Below are positions 45,057 through 54,192 of a stretch of 59,491 nucleotides of DNA, in pieces. How positions within the stretch are numbered: the stretch's first letter is position 1; each line of letters starts with the position of its first letter. This stretch comes from an uncultured Anaerolineaceae bacterium (GTDB lineage Bacteria > Chloroflexota > Anaerolineae > Anaerolineales > E44-bin32): NCBI GenBank assembly GCA_964549025.1, contig CAZJUE010000001.1, positions 1 to 59,491 on the forward strand. Reading direction: 5' to 3'. The position numbers were made by a program, and so were the translations under genes. The notes beneath the pieces were generated by a model. That model was not told the DNA's origin and did not search any database. It saw only the letters and a list, made by a program, of their open reading frames with translations.

Positions 45057-47921
45057 ATGGAGTTGAAGCTGCATTTGCTCGGCCCGCCGCAGGTGCTGGT
45101 GGGGGATCAGCCGCTGAGCGTTGACACGCGCAAGGCGACGGCATTGCTCATATACCTCAGCCTAACCGGGGAGGTCCAGCGCCGCGAGAGCATCGCTGCC
45201 ATGTTCTGGCCCGAGAGCGACGGTCCACATGCGAAGGCTGCCTTACGCCGAACGCTTTCGTCGCTGCGGAAGGCGTTGGACGGGCGCTGGTTGGAGGCCG
45301 ACCGCGAAGTGCTCTCGCTCTCCGCCGACTGGATGGACTGCATTCGGTTCCGTGAGCTGGTGGAAAGCACTCGCGCCCACAACCATCCCTCCGACCGCGG
45401 CTGTGCGCGCTGCATCGCCCCGCTTAGCGAAGCTGCCGAGCTCTACCGCGGCGACTTCTTGCTGGGTTTCACGTTGCCGGACAGTCCGGGATTTGACGAT
45501 TGGCAGTACTTCCACCTGCTGGCCTACCAACGGTTGCTGTCCGAGGCGCTGCAGCGCTTGGCGGCCGTACATCAGGAACGGCAGGATTTCGAACTGGCCG
45601 CAGAGTATGCCAACCGGTTGCTCGCTCTGGACCAGCTCAACGAATCCGCTCATCGCTGGTTGATGTCGATCTACGCTCGCTCTGGAAATCGCCAGCTGGC
45701 GCTCCGGCAGTATCAGGACTGTGTTCGGGTGCTGCAGGAGGAGATCGGAGCGCCACCGTTGGATGAGACCGTCGAGTTGCATGAGCGAATCGTCGCCGGG
45801 GAACTGGAGGATTATGCCACTCCCGTTGGCATACCCGAGCTGCCGCCTCACCAGACGGCAGTGATTGCCGGCGATTTGCCGCTGATCGCTCGAGAAGACG
45901 AACTTTCTGCGATGCGGGCCTGGTATGCCGGAATCCAAGGTGCCTCGCGAGTGCTGATCGTCGAGGGCGAATTGGGGATCGGCAAATCCCGACTGGCAGC
46001 CGACTTTGCCAGCGAGCTGGCCGCCGCGGGGGCCAGGCTGGTGGAAACCCGCTGCTATCCAGACGAGTCCACCTACGCCTACCGCCCGTGGATTGACGCC
46101 CTGCGCTCCGGGCTGGAATTGCCTGAAGCCAAGCAGCGGCTCGATCAACTGCCCGACTTATGGTTGGCGGAGGCGGCCCGCCTGATACCCGAGCTTTGGG
46201 AGCTCTTCCCCCGGCTGGAGCCGCAGCAGGAGGCCGTCGGCCCCAGTGGTCAGGACCGCTTTCTGGAGTCGCTGGCCCAGGTCACCTCCGCCATGCTGGC
46301 AGGAGAGCAGCCGGGGGTGGTGCTGCTGGACGACCTGCACTGGACAGATGAAGCTTCACTGGACTTCTTGACCTATCTCCTGAGACACGTAAAGCAGCAA
46401 CCGATGTTGGTGGTGGCTGGCTGGCGAATAGAGGGTTTGGACGGCGAGCAGCAGCTGCGCCAGCTGATGGCTCGCTTTCCGTCAAGCAGCAGCCGGACCG
46501 TCCAGCTGGATCGCTTGGACGCCGATCAGCTGGCTCAACTAGCCCACGCGATCGGCATTGAGGACACCGGTCTGATCAAGCTGTTGCAGCGAGAAACCGA
46601 GGGACTGCCGTTCTTTGTCGCCGAGTACCTAGCCGCCATTGAGCCGCAAGCAGGCCAGGCGCCGCCCAAGACGCCGGCCACCATACGGCAGGCGATCGAC
46701 CGTAGATTGAATGCGCTGAGCGGCACTGGCAAGCAATTGCTCAGCACTGCGGCGGTGATCGGGCGGTCATTTGAATTCGAAACCCTTCGGATGGTCAGCG
46801 GTCGCAACCTGGAGGAGACCGTCGCCGGCATCGAGGAGCTGGCCGGGGCCGGTTCGATTCGCGAGTACCCTTCCAGCTCGCCGCGACTTGGTCCGGTCTA
46901 CGACTTTGCGCACGAGAAATTGCGCGAGGTCGCGCTGGAAGGCACCACCCAGGCCCGCCAGCGTTTGCTGCATGCTCGCGCAGCGTCAGCGCTTATCCGT
47001 TTACAGGGACATCGTCAGAGTGAGCTGCTGGCCGACCGCATTGCGCACCACCTGTTGCGGTCGGGTGACGAAGCCGGTGCGGCAGCGATGTATCTTCAAG
47101 CGGGGGAGCACGCTCGGTCGGTGTACGCCAATGAGGAAGCACTGGCCCACTTTCGCAGCGCGCTGGCGCTGGGGGAGGGTGATGAGGCCGCGCTGCACGA
47201 TTCGATCGGCGATCTGCTCACATTGCTTGGCCGCTACGATGAGGCACTGCGCAGTTACCAGGCGGCCGGTGCACAGCTTGAGCAAGGAACCGCGGCCGGC
47301 ATCGAACGCAAATTGGGCGCGCTATACCAGCGGTGGGGGCGCTGGGAACGCGCGCAGCATCATTTCGCGGCTGCGGCCGAGCAGGCGCAAGCCCCGGCCG
47401 AATTGGCGCGAATCTACGCCGATTGGAGCCTGAACGCACACCGCCAGGGAGAACCGGAGCAGGCGGAGCAGCTGATCCAACAAGCGCTTGAGCAGGCACA
47501 GGCTGCTCAAGATCGCGGCGCACTGGCCCAATGTCACAACATCCTGGGCGTCTTGGAACGCGCACGGGGTCGGGCTGAGACAGCCATCCAGCATCTGAAG
47601 CACAGCCTGGAACACGCCGATCAGCTGTCCGATCCGGCTGCGCGCGCGGCGGCGCTGAACAACCTTGCGCTGGCTCTGGCGCAGGACGGTCAATTGGACC
47701 AGGCGTTAGAGGCTGGCAGAGAGGCCTTGGAGATCAGTGAGTCACTCGGCGACCGACATCGGGCAGCCGCACAGCACAGCAACCTGGCCGACCTGCTGCA
47801 TCAGGCCGGCGAGACACAGCAGGCGCAAGAGCACCTTACCGCCTCAGCCGAGCTGTTCGCCGCGGTTGGCGTGGAATCGGGCGAGTTCGAGCCGGAGATC
47901 TGGAAGTTGGTGGAGTGGTGA
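45057..47921 (+). CDS. SARP/AfsR-family regulator (wHTH-BTAD, AAA ATPase, TPR)
   Basis: N-terminal OmpR-type wHTH (LHLLGPPQVLVGDQPL...RKATALLIYL), BTAD (AHRWLMSIYARSGNRQLALRQYQ), P-loop GELGIGKS and C-terminal TPR-like repeats. Confidence 0.85.
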   Translation: MELKLHLLGPPQVLVGDQPLSVDTRKATALLIYLSLTGEVQRRESIAAMFWPESDGPHAKAALRRTLSSLRKALDGRWLEADREVLSLSADWMDCIRFRELVESTRAHNHPSDRGCARCIAPLSEAAELYRGDFLLGFTLPDSPGFDDWQYFHLLAYQRLLSEALQRLAAVHQERQDFELAAEYANRLLALDQLNESAHRWLMSIYARSGNRQLALRQYQDCVRVLQEEIGAPPLDETVELHERIVAGELEDYATPVGIPELPPHQTAVIAGDLPLIAREDELSAMRAWYAGIQGASRVLIVEGELGIGKSRLAADFASELAAAGARLVETRCYPDESTYAYRPWIDALRSGLELPEAKQRLDQLPDLWLAEAARLIPELWELFPRLEPQQEAVGPSGQDRFLESLAQVTSAMLAGEQPGVVLLDDLHWTDEASLDFLTYLLRHVKQQPMLVVAGWRIEGLDGEQQLRQLMARFPSSSSRTVQLDRLDADQLAQLAHAIGIEDTGLIKLLQRETEGLPFFVAEYLAAIEPQAGQAPPKTPATIRQAIDRRLNALSGTGKQLLSTAAVIGRSFEFETLRMVSGRNLEETVAGIEELAGAGSIREYPSSSPRLGPVYDFAHEKLREVALEGTTQARQRLLHARAASALIRLQGHRQSELLADRIAHHLLRSGDEAGAAAMYLQAGEHARSVYANEEALAHFRSALALGEGDEAALHDSIGDLLTLLGRYDEALRSYQAAGAQLEQGTAAGIERKLGALYQRWGRWERAQHHFAAAAEQAQAPAELARIYADWSLNAHRQGEPEQAEQLIQQALEQAQAAQDRGALAQCHNILGVLERARGRAETAIQHLKHSLEHADQLSDPAARAAALNNLALALAQDGQLDQALEAGREALEISESLGDRHRAAAQHSNLADLLHQAGETQQAQEHLTASAELFAAVGVESGEFEPEIWKLVEW

Positions 47922-47928
47922 GGCCAGC

Positions 47929-48801
47929 CTAGGCTGGCTGCCACTCGATCAGCGCCCCGGCCACCCAGGTGGGCGGCGGAGACTGATATAGGTCGGTTGC
48001 GTCGGTGACCGCCAGATCCAGGATCTGGCCGGTCATTGGGCCGCGCAGGTAGCGCAGGACTTGGCCAGCATCGCGGGCGTCGCTCTTGGCTTCCACGCAG
48101 TGCTTGTTGTAGCCCCAATAGTCTCCGGCCGCGAGCAAGGCGATGCCCTCTTCGATTTTACGGCGTGCCAAGTCCAGGCCGCCGGACTCCGGTTCAAGCG
48201 CTTCCTCGGGGTCGTCTCCGTAGCCGATGCCGTGGTGGAACGGATCGGCAGTCGATACCAATGCCGCCCCCTCCGACAGCTCCTGTAGCTCGTCAATTCC
48301 TGGCAGCCGCTCGGGCTGGCCGCCGGCCAGGTACGGATAGCGCTCGACCACTTGCGGGCCCTCGATCCCCCGTCGGCCGGTTTCGGCTTTCCAGAAGTGG
48401 CGGAAGCTGTACAACGCGTGGTCGCCCAGCCACTCGCCGCGGCCGGTGATGCCTGGACCCTGGATGCCCCAAAATTCGTAGTCGCTCGGATCGGCGCCGT
48501 TTGCCACCGCCACCCGAGCCTGCTCCATCGCATCGGTAAAGGCGTGCAGCACGCTGATCACCACCACTCGTTCGGCTCCGCAGTCCAGGCAGGCGCGCAC
48601 CGCGGCGGCAATCTGGTGCCCACAGTCGGCGACGCCGGCGTGCGGGAACACGATCACCCCGTTGGCGGCCAGCGCGCCAGACAGGTCCCACTGCTCGGAC
48701 CGTTCGAGCAACTCCAGCGTGCCGCGCTCTCCCAGAGCCTCATGCTCCTGGCGATACATCTGCTGGATCTGTCGCTGCAGTTCATCTCGGTTCAAGTCCA
48801 T
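47929..48801 (-). CDS. Memo-like / LigB-fold protein (tentative)
   Basis: VIVFPHAGVADCG and VSTADPFHHG resemble the PHAG and SxDxxH motifs of Memo / AmmeMemoRadiSam-B proteins. The assignment is from memory and weak. Confidence 0.4.
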   Translation of the reverse strand: MDLNRDELQRQIQQMYRQEHEALGERGTLELLERSEQWDLSGALAANGVIVFPHAGVADCGHQIAAAVRACLDCGAERVVVISVLHAFTDAMEQARVAVANGADPSDYEFWGIQGPGITGRGEWLGDHALYSFRHFWKAETGRRGIEGPQVVERYPYLAGGQPERLPGIDELQELSEGAALVSTADPFHHGIGYGDDPEEALEPESGGLDLARRKIEEGIALLAAGDYWGYNKHCVEAKSDARDAGQVLRYLRGPMTGQILDLAVTDATDLYQSPPPTWVAGALIEWQPA

Positions 48802-48884
48802 CGCTGATTGCCTTTCATGTGTTCCGTTTCAAATCGCCGGGGAGCGGCGGCCCAACGGTGGGGCAGCCCTCCGTGCAAACCTCG

Positions 48885-49883
48885 TCAGAGCGCTTCGATG
48901 CTTGGCAGCTCTAAGCCGGTGAGCTCCACCAGCCGGCGATACGGGTTGAGCACGTGAATCTTGTATTCGCCGTGCAGCGCCTTGCGGGTGATGCGGTGGA
49001 CCGGAATCTCCACCCGCTTGTCCAGCCAGGTGAGGATGGTCAACATCCGGCTTCCCAACTTGAGCACCTCGAAGTACTCGAAGTGCTGCACCGGGGCGCC
49101 GCGGTGCAGCTGGTAGCTCTGCAGCATCGGATGGCGAAACCGCTCTCCCAGCATTGTGCCGACCAGCAGCACTGTCCAGGCAAGGTCCATCCGGTAATCG
49201 CCCACTGCGGCAAAGGACCAATCGATTGCCACCAGCGCGCCATCCCGAACCAATAGATTCTCGGGGTGGAAATCGTTGTGCAACAGCACCGGCCGATCGG
49301 TGACTTGCGGCCGGCGATGGTCAAGCCAGGTTAAATGGGGTTCAAACTCATGCAGTTGGTAGCGTTCGGCGGTGCGGTGCATTTCGCGCAGCAGCTCGTC
49401 CGGAGACTGCGGGGCAGTGTGCGGGAGTGCTTGCTGCCAACGGGTGCGGTGAATCTGAACTAGCAGTGCTGCCATCCGGTCCAACTGTCCCAGGATCTGC
49501 GAGTCGGAAGCGTCGGCCAAACGCTCGCGCAAGTTGGCTTCAGGAAGGTGTTCCATCACGATGAAACTGGCGTCAGGTTGATGGATAACCTGGATCACCG
49601 CTGCGACCGGAATTCTCAGCCGGATCAAGTTCTGCAGCAGCTTGAATTCTTTGACCGCCCGATCGTGACTAGCCAGACCACGATACAGGCGGAGCGCCAA
49701 CTGCTGCTCGGCTGGGCCCGATGGGGCGTCAAATCGGATGCCCACTCGATACAAATCGGTCTCCCAGCCGGCACCGAGCGGCTCCAACTCCAGCACCTGC
49801 AATCCGGGTCGATCGGACAAGTTGTGCCGGAGCTCGGTCGCCAAGCGCTCGCGTTGCCTGGCGTCGACCGCCGCCGCGCTCAC
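48885..49883 (-). CDS. Phosphotransferase-family (APH / choline-kinase-like) kinase
   Basis: Catalytic loop LLHNDFHPENLLV and IDWSFAAVGDYRMDLAW. GTG start overlaps the upstream stop (GTGA). Confidence 0.8.
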   Translation of the reverse strand: MSAAAVDARQRERLATELRHNLSDRPGLQVLELEPLGAGWETDLYRVGIRFDAPSGPAEQQLALRLYRGLASHDRAVKEFKLLQNLIRLRIPVAAVIQVIHQPDASFIVMEHLPEANLRERLADASDSQILGQLDRMAALLVQIHRTRWQQALPHTAPQSPDELLREMHRTAERYQLHEFEPHLTWLDHRRPQVTDRPVLLHNDFHPENLLVRDGALVAIDWSFAAVGDYRMDLAWTVLLVGTMLGERFRHPMLQSYQLHRGAPVQHFEYFEVLKLGSRMLTILTWLDKRVEIPVHRITRKALHGEYKIHVLNPYRRLVELTGLELPSIEAL

Positions 49884-50680
49884 CTGGCAATCACGAAGGC
49901 GGTGGTGGGGTGGGGCACTTTACCGCTCACCGGATCACGCAGCGAGCGGTAGTAATCCGCCAATGCGTCCAGTTGCTGAGGGTCCAACTTGCGGCAGTCC
50001 AGCTGGGTGAGAAAGCTGAGCAACGCAAGCCGATCCGCCATACTCCCCGAGCTCAGGGGATCGACGTCACACTCGGCCTCGATCAGCAGCATATCGAAAT
50101 CGAGGCCCGCGGCTGACAACATCCGCTCCAAATCGTCCGCAAAACACCCGTCGGTAACTTGCTCGTAGATGGCGTTGATGCCCCCGCGCTGCGGGCTGAA
50201 GAGCAGCAGCTGGCCGCCGTCCGCCGCCAGCCCGTGGGCCCGGTGGAGGTTCTCCATTGGATCGCCGACGAGGTATTCGAATGTATGCACCATCAATACC
50301 AGCTCAAAGCGTTCTGCGGTGTGGTAGTGCGCAAAGTCAAGCTGGAGAACTTGGTAGTCGAGCCGATCGAGGAAGCTGGACCGCAGCCGGTTCCTCAGCA
50401 GCCGACAGGCATCTGCATCGATATCGACGCCGACGAACCGTTTCGGTGCGCCGCCGTTGGCTTGGATGCCCTGCAGCATGGGGATTTCGAACAGCCCGGT
50501 GCCGGAGCCTATGCTCAAGAGGGTCGATGGGGCCGGGTCACCTGTCAAGCGAAGCAGCTGAGCTAGCATGCGCCGGCCTTGATTTGTGGCTTGCCGAAAG
50601 AAGGTCTGGCACTGGGAATAGTAACGGCCGCTCAGTCGGACCAGCGACCGGTCTGATCGATCGAGCTGCGGTAGGCTCAA
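49880..50680 (-). CDS. Class I SAM-dependent methyltransferase (histamine-N-methyltransferase-like layout)
   Basis: SAM motif LLSIGSGTGLFEIP followed by VGVDIDADAC. The overall order of blocks resembles HNMT (memory). The TTG start overlapping the upstream stop is uncertain. Confidence 0.65.
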   Translation of the reverse strand: MSLPQLDRSDRSLVRLSGRYYSQCQTFFRQATNQGRRMLAQLLRLTGDPAPSTLLSIGSGTGLFEIPMLQGIQANGGAPKRFVGVDIDADACRLLRNRLRSSFLDRLDYQVLQLDFAHYHTAERFELVLMVHTFEYLVGDPMENLHRAHGLAADGGQLLLFSPQRGGINAIYEQVTDGCFADDLERMLSAAGLDFDMLLIEAECDVDPLSSGSMADRLALLSFLTQLDCRKLDPQQLDALADYYRSLRDPVSGKVPHPTTAFVIAR

Positions 50681-51483
50681 TCGGCACTCCGGGTCAATCG
50701 GATCAAGTTAATCGTTTGGGGAAAGCGGTATTCGCTGTCGTGGCGGTATTCGTGCAGCAGCGGCGCGAAGAACTGGCGCGCAGGCAAGCCCTGGTCGAGC
50801 ACACACTTGCGCAAATATTCTTCCAGCACATCGGCCGGCTTGGCGGGAACCCGGTGTTGGGTGTGGACCGGAAAGACCTGGAAACCTGCATCCAGTGAAC
50901 GCAGCAGCTGTGCTGAGTCCTCGAAGGTCATGAAGGGGGATCGGTGAGGGTGATGCTCGCGATAGTAGCTGTGCAAGCGTTGGTAGCTGCTTTCGGCGGT
51001 GAGCTGATAGACAAAGCACACCCCGCCGGGGGAGAGCAATTCCAGCAGGCGCTGATACACTGCAGGCATCCGGCCGAGCTCCACAGTGGTGAATGAGTGG
51101 ATGGCCCAGATGAGATCGTACTCGTAGTCTCCAGCGGGAAGACGATCCGGGATCTGCTCGATTGCGCACTCGATGCTGCGACCGAAGGCGAAGTGCTGAA
51201 GCCTGCCAAGCGCAGCCTGCGCGCGCTGCAAGCTGATGGCTGAAATGTCCAGCAGGTCGGCCCGCAACAGAACGGACTCGCCGAGCTCCGGGTCGAGCAC
51301 ACTGGGGAAAATGCCGGTGCCGCAGCCGACATCGAGCAATCTGGAACCCGGGGCGCTGGCCAACTGCGCTGGAAACGGATAGCTTTCGACCAGCGCGCGG
51401 TATTCGGTCGAAGCTACTTCGATCCAGGTTGATTCGTCCCAGTCGCTGTGGGCGTAGAAGTGTTTGGCCGGTCTCCGCTGCAT
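50677..51483 (-). CDS. Class I SAM-dependent methyltransferase
   Basis: SAM motif LLDVGCGTGIFP, then DLLDIS and LLSPGGVCFV. ATG 51483 chosen to avoid overlap with the upstream gene, which ends at 51488. Confidence 0.8.
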   Translation of the reverse strand: MQRRPAKHFYAHSDWDESTWIEVASTEYRALVESYPFPAQLASAPGSRLLDVGCGTGIFPSVLDPELGESVLLRADLLDISAISLQRAQAALGRLQHFAFGRSIECAIEQIPDRLPAGDYEYDLIWAIHSFTTVELGRMPAVYQRLLELLSPGGVCFVYQLTAESSYQRLHSYYREHHPHRSPFMTFEDSAQLLRSLDAGFQVFPVHTQHRVPAKPADVLEEYLRKCVLDQGLPARQFFAPLLHEYRHDSEYRFPQTINLIRLTRSAD

Positions 51484-51487
51484 ACCG

Positions 51488-52204
51488 TTAGCCGTAGTTG
51501 GGGTCGTCCGATGCTTGCGGCTGCTGGCTGTAAAGGTAGGAATCCAGGCCTTGCTCAGCCGGGAAGACCGTTCCCGGTCGGTCGTAAGCCAGGATGATGT
51601 TGATCCGCTCCCGTTCTCCATGCACCGCGCTGACGCTGTGCCAGCAGCGATCAGCCCGCATGCTCACCAACCGACCGGTTCGCGGCGCCACCCGCACCTT
51701 GCGACCAAAGACCCGCATCAATGGCGCGAACTGGATCAGGCGGTCCAACGCGCGCTGCAGCCCCGAGCTGCGCCACCGGCCCAGCAGGATGCGGTAATTG
51801 GGGTAGAGCTCGGTCTCTCCACCCTCAACCTGATTCAAATAGAGGATGGCGGTGACCCGGCTGCGGTCATAGTGCCAACGGTACGACGACCGACCGGGCT
51901 GCATCAGGTTGACGTTGACGCCTGCGGTGAGGTTGCCAAGCGGGGCCAGGCGCTCGCCGGACGCCTGCTGAACGTACTGCTGGACGGGGCCGGTGTAAAG
52001 TTCCCAAATTTCAGGTAAGTGCTGCTGGATCTGGGTCCCGTCGATCACCTTATAGCGCAGCGGGCGTCCCTTGGTCGGGCGATGGATCTCTGGCAGCTGG
52101 TGAGTCTGACGGTACTGCTCGATTTGATCGAGCAGTCGCCGGCATTGCTCTGTCTCCAGGTAACTGTCGACCACGTCGTAGCCGTGTTCTCGCAATGCGC
52201 TCAT
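51488..52204 (-). CDS. 2OG-Fe(II) oxygenase (prolyl-4-hydroxylase-like)
   Basis: HxD facial triad WHYD, distal His in CWHSVSAV and a basic residue in ERERINI. Confidence 0.72.
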   Translation of the reverse strand: MSALREHGYDVVDSYLETEQCRRLLDQIEQYRQTHQLPEIHRPTKGRPLRYKVIDGTQIQQHLPEIWELYTGPVQQYVQQASGERLAPLGNLTAGVNVNLMQPGRSSYRWHYDRSRVTAILYLNQVEGGETELYPNYRILLGRWRSSGLQRALDRLIQFAPLMRVFGRKVRVAPRTGRLVSMRADRCWHSVSAVHGERERINIILAYDRPGTVFPAEQGLDSYLYSQQPQASDDPNYG

Positions 52205-52355
52205 CGAGTATGCACTGGGGCAGCTTCTTCGGAGTTCCGGAGTAGGGTGCTCACCGCGTGGGTATGCAGTCTTTTGGCTGGCCGAGCCGGGTTACCGGCC
52301 GGAGAGTGAAAAAGAACCTCGAAGCCAGCGCTCTGACTGACCTGGAGGTCCGAGG

Positions 52356-52429
<74 letters not shown>

Positions 52430-52569
52430 GACGCAGGCGGATTATAGCAGGCAGATCGACCGCGTGGGCGGGAAGCTCAAGTTCGACGGGCGTCGGTGCG
52501 CATCGGCGAGACAGTTGGCGGAGCGCCGAATGCTATAATGCGCCGATTCCCCCGCAAAGCGCATCCCGG

Positions 52570-53718
52570 ATGCAGAGTGAACAATTCCCTGAACCCGATC
52601 AGCACAGTCCCGCTCGCATGCGGCGGGCGCGCAGACGGTTAAGCCAGCTCCAAGCGGACGAGCGCGAAGCGTACCTGGACGGCCTGGCAGCCGCAGTCAC
52701 ACCGGGTTTCAGTTACTTCCTGTATGCAATATTGGCCGGCTTGCTGCTCGGCCTGGGATTCGCCTTCGATCAGCGGGCGCTGCTGGTGGCCGCTGCACTG
52801 TTTGCGCCGCGCCTCGGACCGCTGGCCGGCTTGTCGTTGGCGGCCGTCTCTGGATCGGTGCGGTTCTTTATGCGGATGGCATTGGCGCTGCTGGTCGGCC
52901 TGGCGCTGGTCGGCGCAGCTGCGGCGTTGGTGTTCTGGCTGGGAGTTGGTCAGGAATCCGAAGGGCTGCTGATCTATGAACATGACAGCTTGAATCTGAT
53001 CGACTTCGGCTTGCTGCTGGTTGGCGCTGTGCTGTTGACCGCCCGGTTGGCACGGTCTGAACGGGTGGCCGGATTGCCCGGCGCGGCGGCTGCCTACGAA
53101 CTGCTGCTGCCGCTGGGAGCGGCGGTGGCCGGCTACTTCCAATCTGACTTCGAGTTGTTGCAGGGTGCAGCGCTCACGTTGGGTTTGCACCTGAGTTGGG
53201 CGCTGGCGGTGGGCTTATTCACACTGGTGCTGATGGGCTTCCGACCGCTCACCGGCAGCGGCCGTTCGCTGGGGGCCGCGATCGGCATGATCGGCCTTTT
53301 GACCATCGCCAGCGCAGCTGGGCTGGGTACCTCGGTATTGGCCTCGCTGCCAACCCCGACTCCTACGCCGACTGCCACCCCGACCTCGACCAATACTCCG
53401 ACACCGTCTCTCACGCCCACGGCGACCGCTACCCCAACGCTGACCCCTACCGCCACGCCAACCGCTACCGATACAGCCACTCCCACCCCTACGCCGCCTT
53501 CAGCGCTGGTGCTTGGTACCGGGCTGCAGGGCGCCATCATCCGGGATGCACCGGCTGGAAGCCCGGTGGATCTGGTTTCTGAGAACGAACGCCTGCTGGT
53601 GCTCGACGGCCCGGAGATCGTCGAACTGCAGGAGTGGTGGCTGGTCCGCAAGGAAGATGGCACCGAAGGCTGGTTAGTCGGGCGCTATCTGGCGACGCTG
53701 ACACCTGCGGCGCCGTGA
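52570..53718 (+). CDS. DUF389-like membrane protein with Pro/Thr linker and C-terminal SH3b-like domain
   Basis: Multi-TM region with LFAPRLGPLAGLSLA, a PT-rich linker and a C-terminal GAIIRDAPAGSPV...WWLVRKEDGTEGWLVGRYL (bacterial SH3-like). Confidence 0.6.
   Translation: MQSEQFPEPDQHSPARMRRARRRLSQLQADEREAYLDGLAAAVTPGFSYFLYAILAGLLLGLGFAFDQRALLVAAALFAPRLGPLAGLSLAAVSGSVRFFMRMALALLVGLALVGAAAALVFWLGVGQESEGLLIYEHDSLNLIDFGLLLVGAVLLTARLARSERVAGLPGAAAAYELLLPLGAAVAGYFQSDFELLQGAALTLGLHLSWALAVGLFTLVLMGFRPLTGSGRSLGAAIGMIGLLTIASAAGLGTSVLASLPTPTPTPTATPTSTNTPTPSLTPTATATPTLTPTATPTATDTATPTPTPPSALVLGTGLQGAIIRDAPAGSPVDLVSENERLLVLDGPEIVELQEWWLVRKEDGTEGWLVGRYLATLTPAAP
53351..53499 (+). repeat. Low-complexity Pro/Thr-rich coding repeat (linker)
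   Basis: Translates to PTPTPTPTATPTSTNTPTPSLTPTATATPTLTPTATPTATDTATPTPTPP. Confidence 0.9.
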
Positions 53719-53835
53719 TTCGCCGGCGAGCGGCTGCCGAGGCGCATTAGCGCCGCAGTTAGGGTGAGCAACGCTTTCCAGGGCGCACGCAGGCCCTCCT
53801 CGTGTGGGCAGCGAACGGCGCTAAAGCGGCTTACC

Positions 53836-53864
53836 TTGACAGTCACTGGAAGAGACAGCATAAT
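53836..53864 (+). promoter_or_regulatory. Sigma-70-type promoter about 320 nt upstream of the SBP gene
   Basis: TTGACA (53836-53841), 17-nt spacer, CATAAT (53859-53864). Confidence 0.5.
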
Positions 53865-54192
53865 CAAACCACCAATCTCAGCGGGTATGCTTCGTCTGTT
53901 CGTCTGATCGGAGCTGGGCGGCTCCTGCCGGAGGTGCGCCTTCCTCTCCCGCAACTTGTGACCAGAGAAACAGCCAGTCGGTCAGACACGCCCACTGAGG
54001 TCAGGCGGCAACGCCTCGCTTGACGCTCTGGTTACACTGCGCAACACCTGCCACACCACCGTGAGGTAAGTTTCTGTTGCCTGCACGCCCACTGTGATAA
54101 CAATGGAAAGACGAAAGGAGGACTGCGACACATTTGACCCCTGTAAGCCTAAGATCTACCCATAAATCGGTAAATTTCTCCAGGAGGGGAGT

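Noticed and set aside
47923-47938. Perfect 16-bp palindrome GCCAGCCTAGGCTGGC between the convergent SARP and Memo-like genes, considered as a terminator.
   Set aside because: It would form only a 6-7 bp stem with a 2-4 nt loop, has no T-run on either strand, and overlaps the Memo-like gene's stop codon and final sense codons. It is too weak to call a terminator.
53351-53499. Repetitive ACC/CCG-rich DNA that could be a VNTR or a CRISPR-like array.
   Set aside because: It is in frame within ORF 52570-53718 and translates to a Pro/Thr linker. It has no regular repeat-spacer structure.
53802-54023. 73-aa ORF in the leader upstream of the SBP gene.
   Set aside because: It starts upstream of the predicted promoter, has no SD, and its composition is unlike the neighbouring genes. 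I treat it as non-coding.
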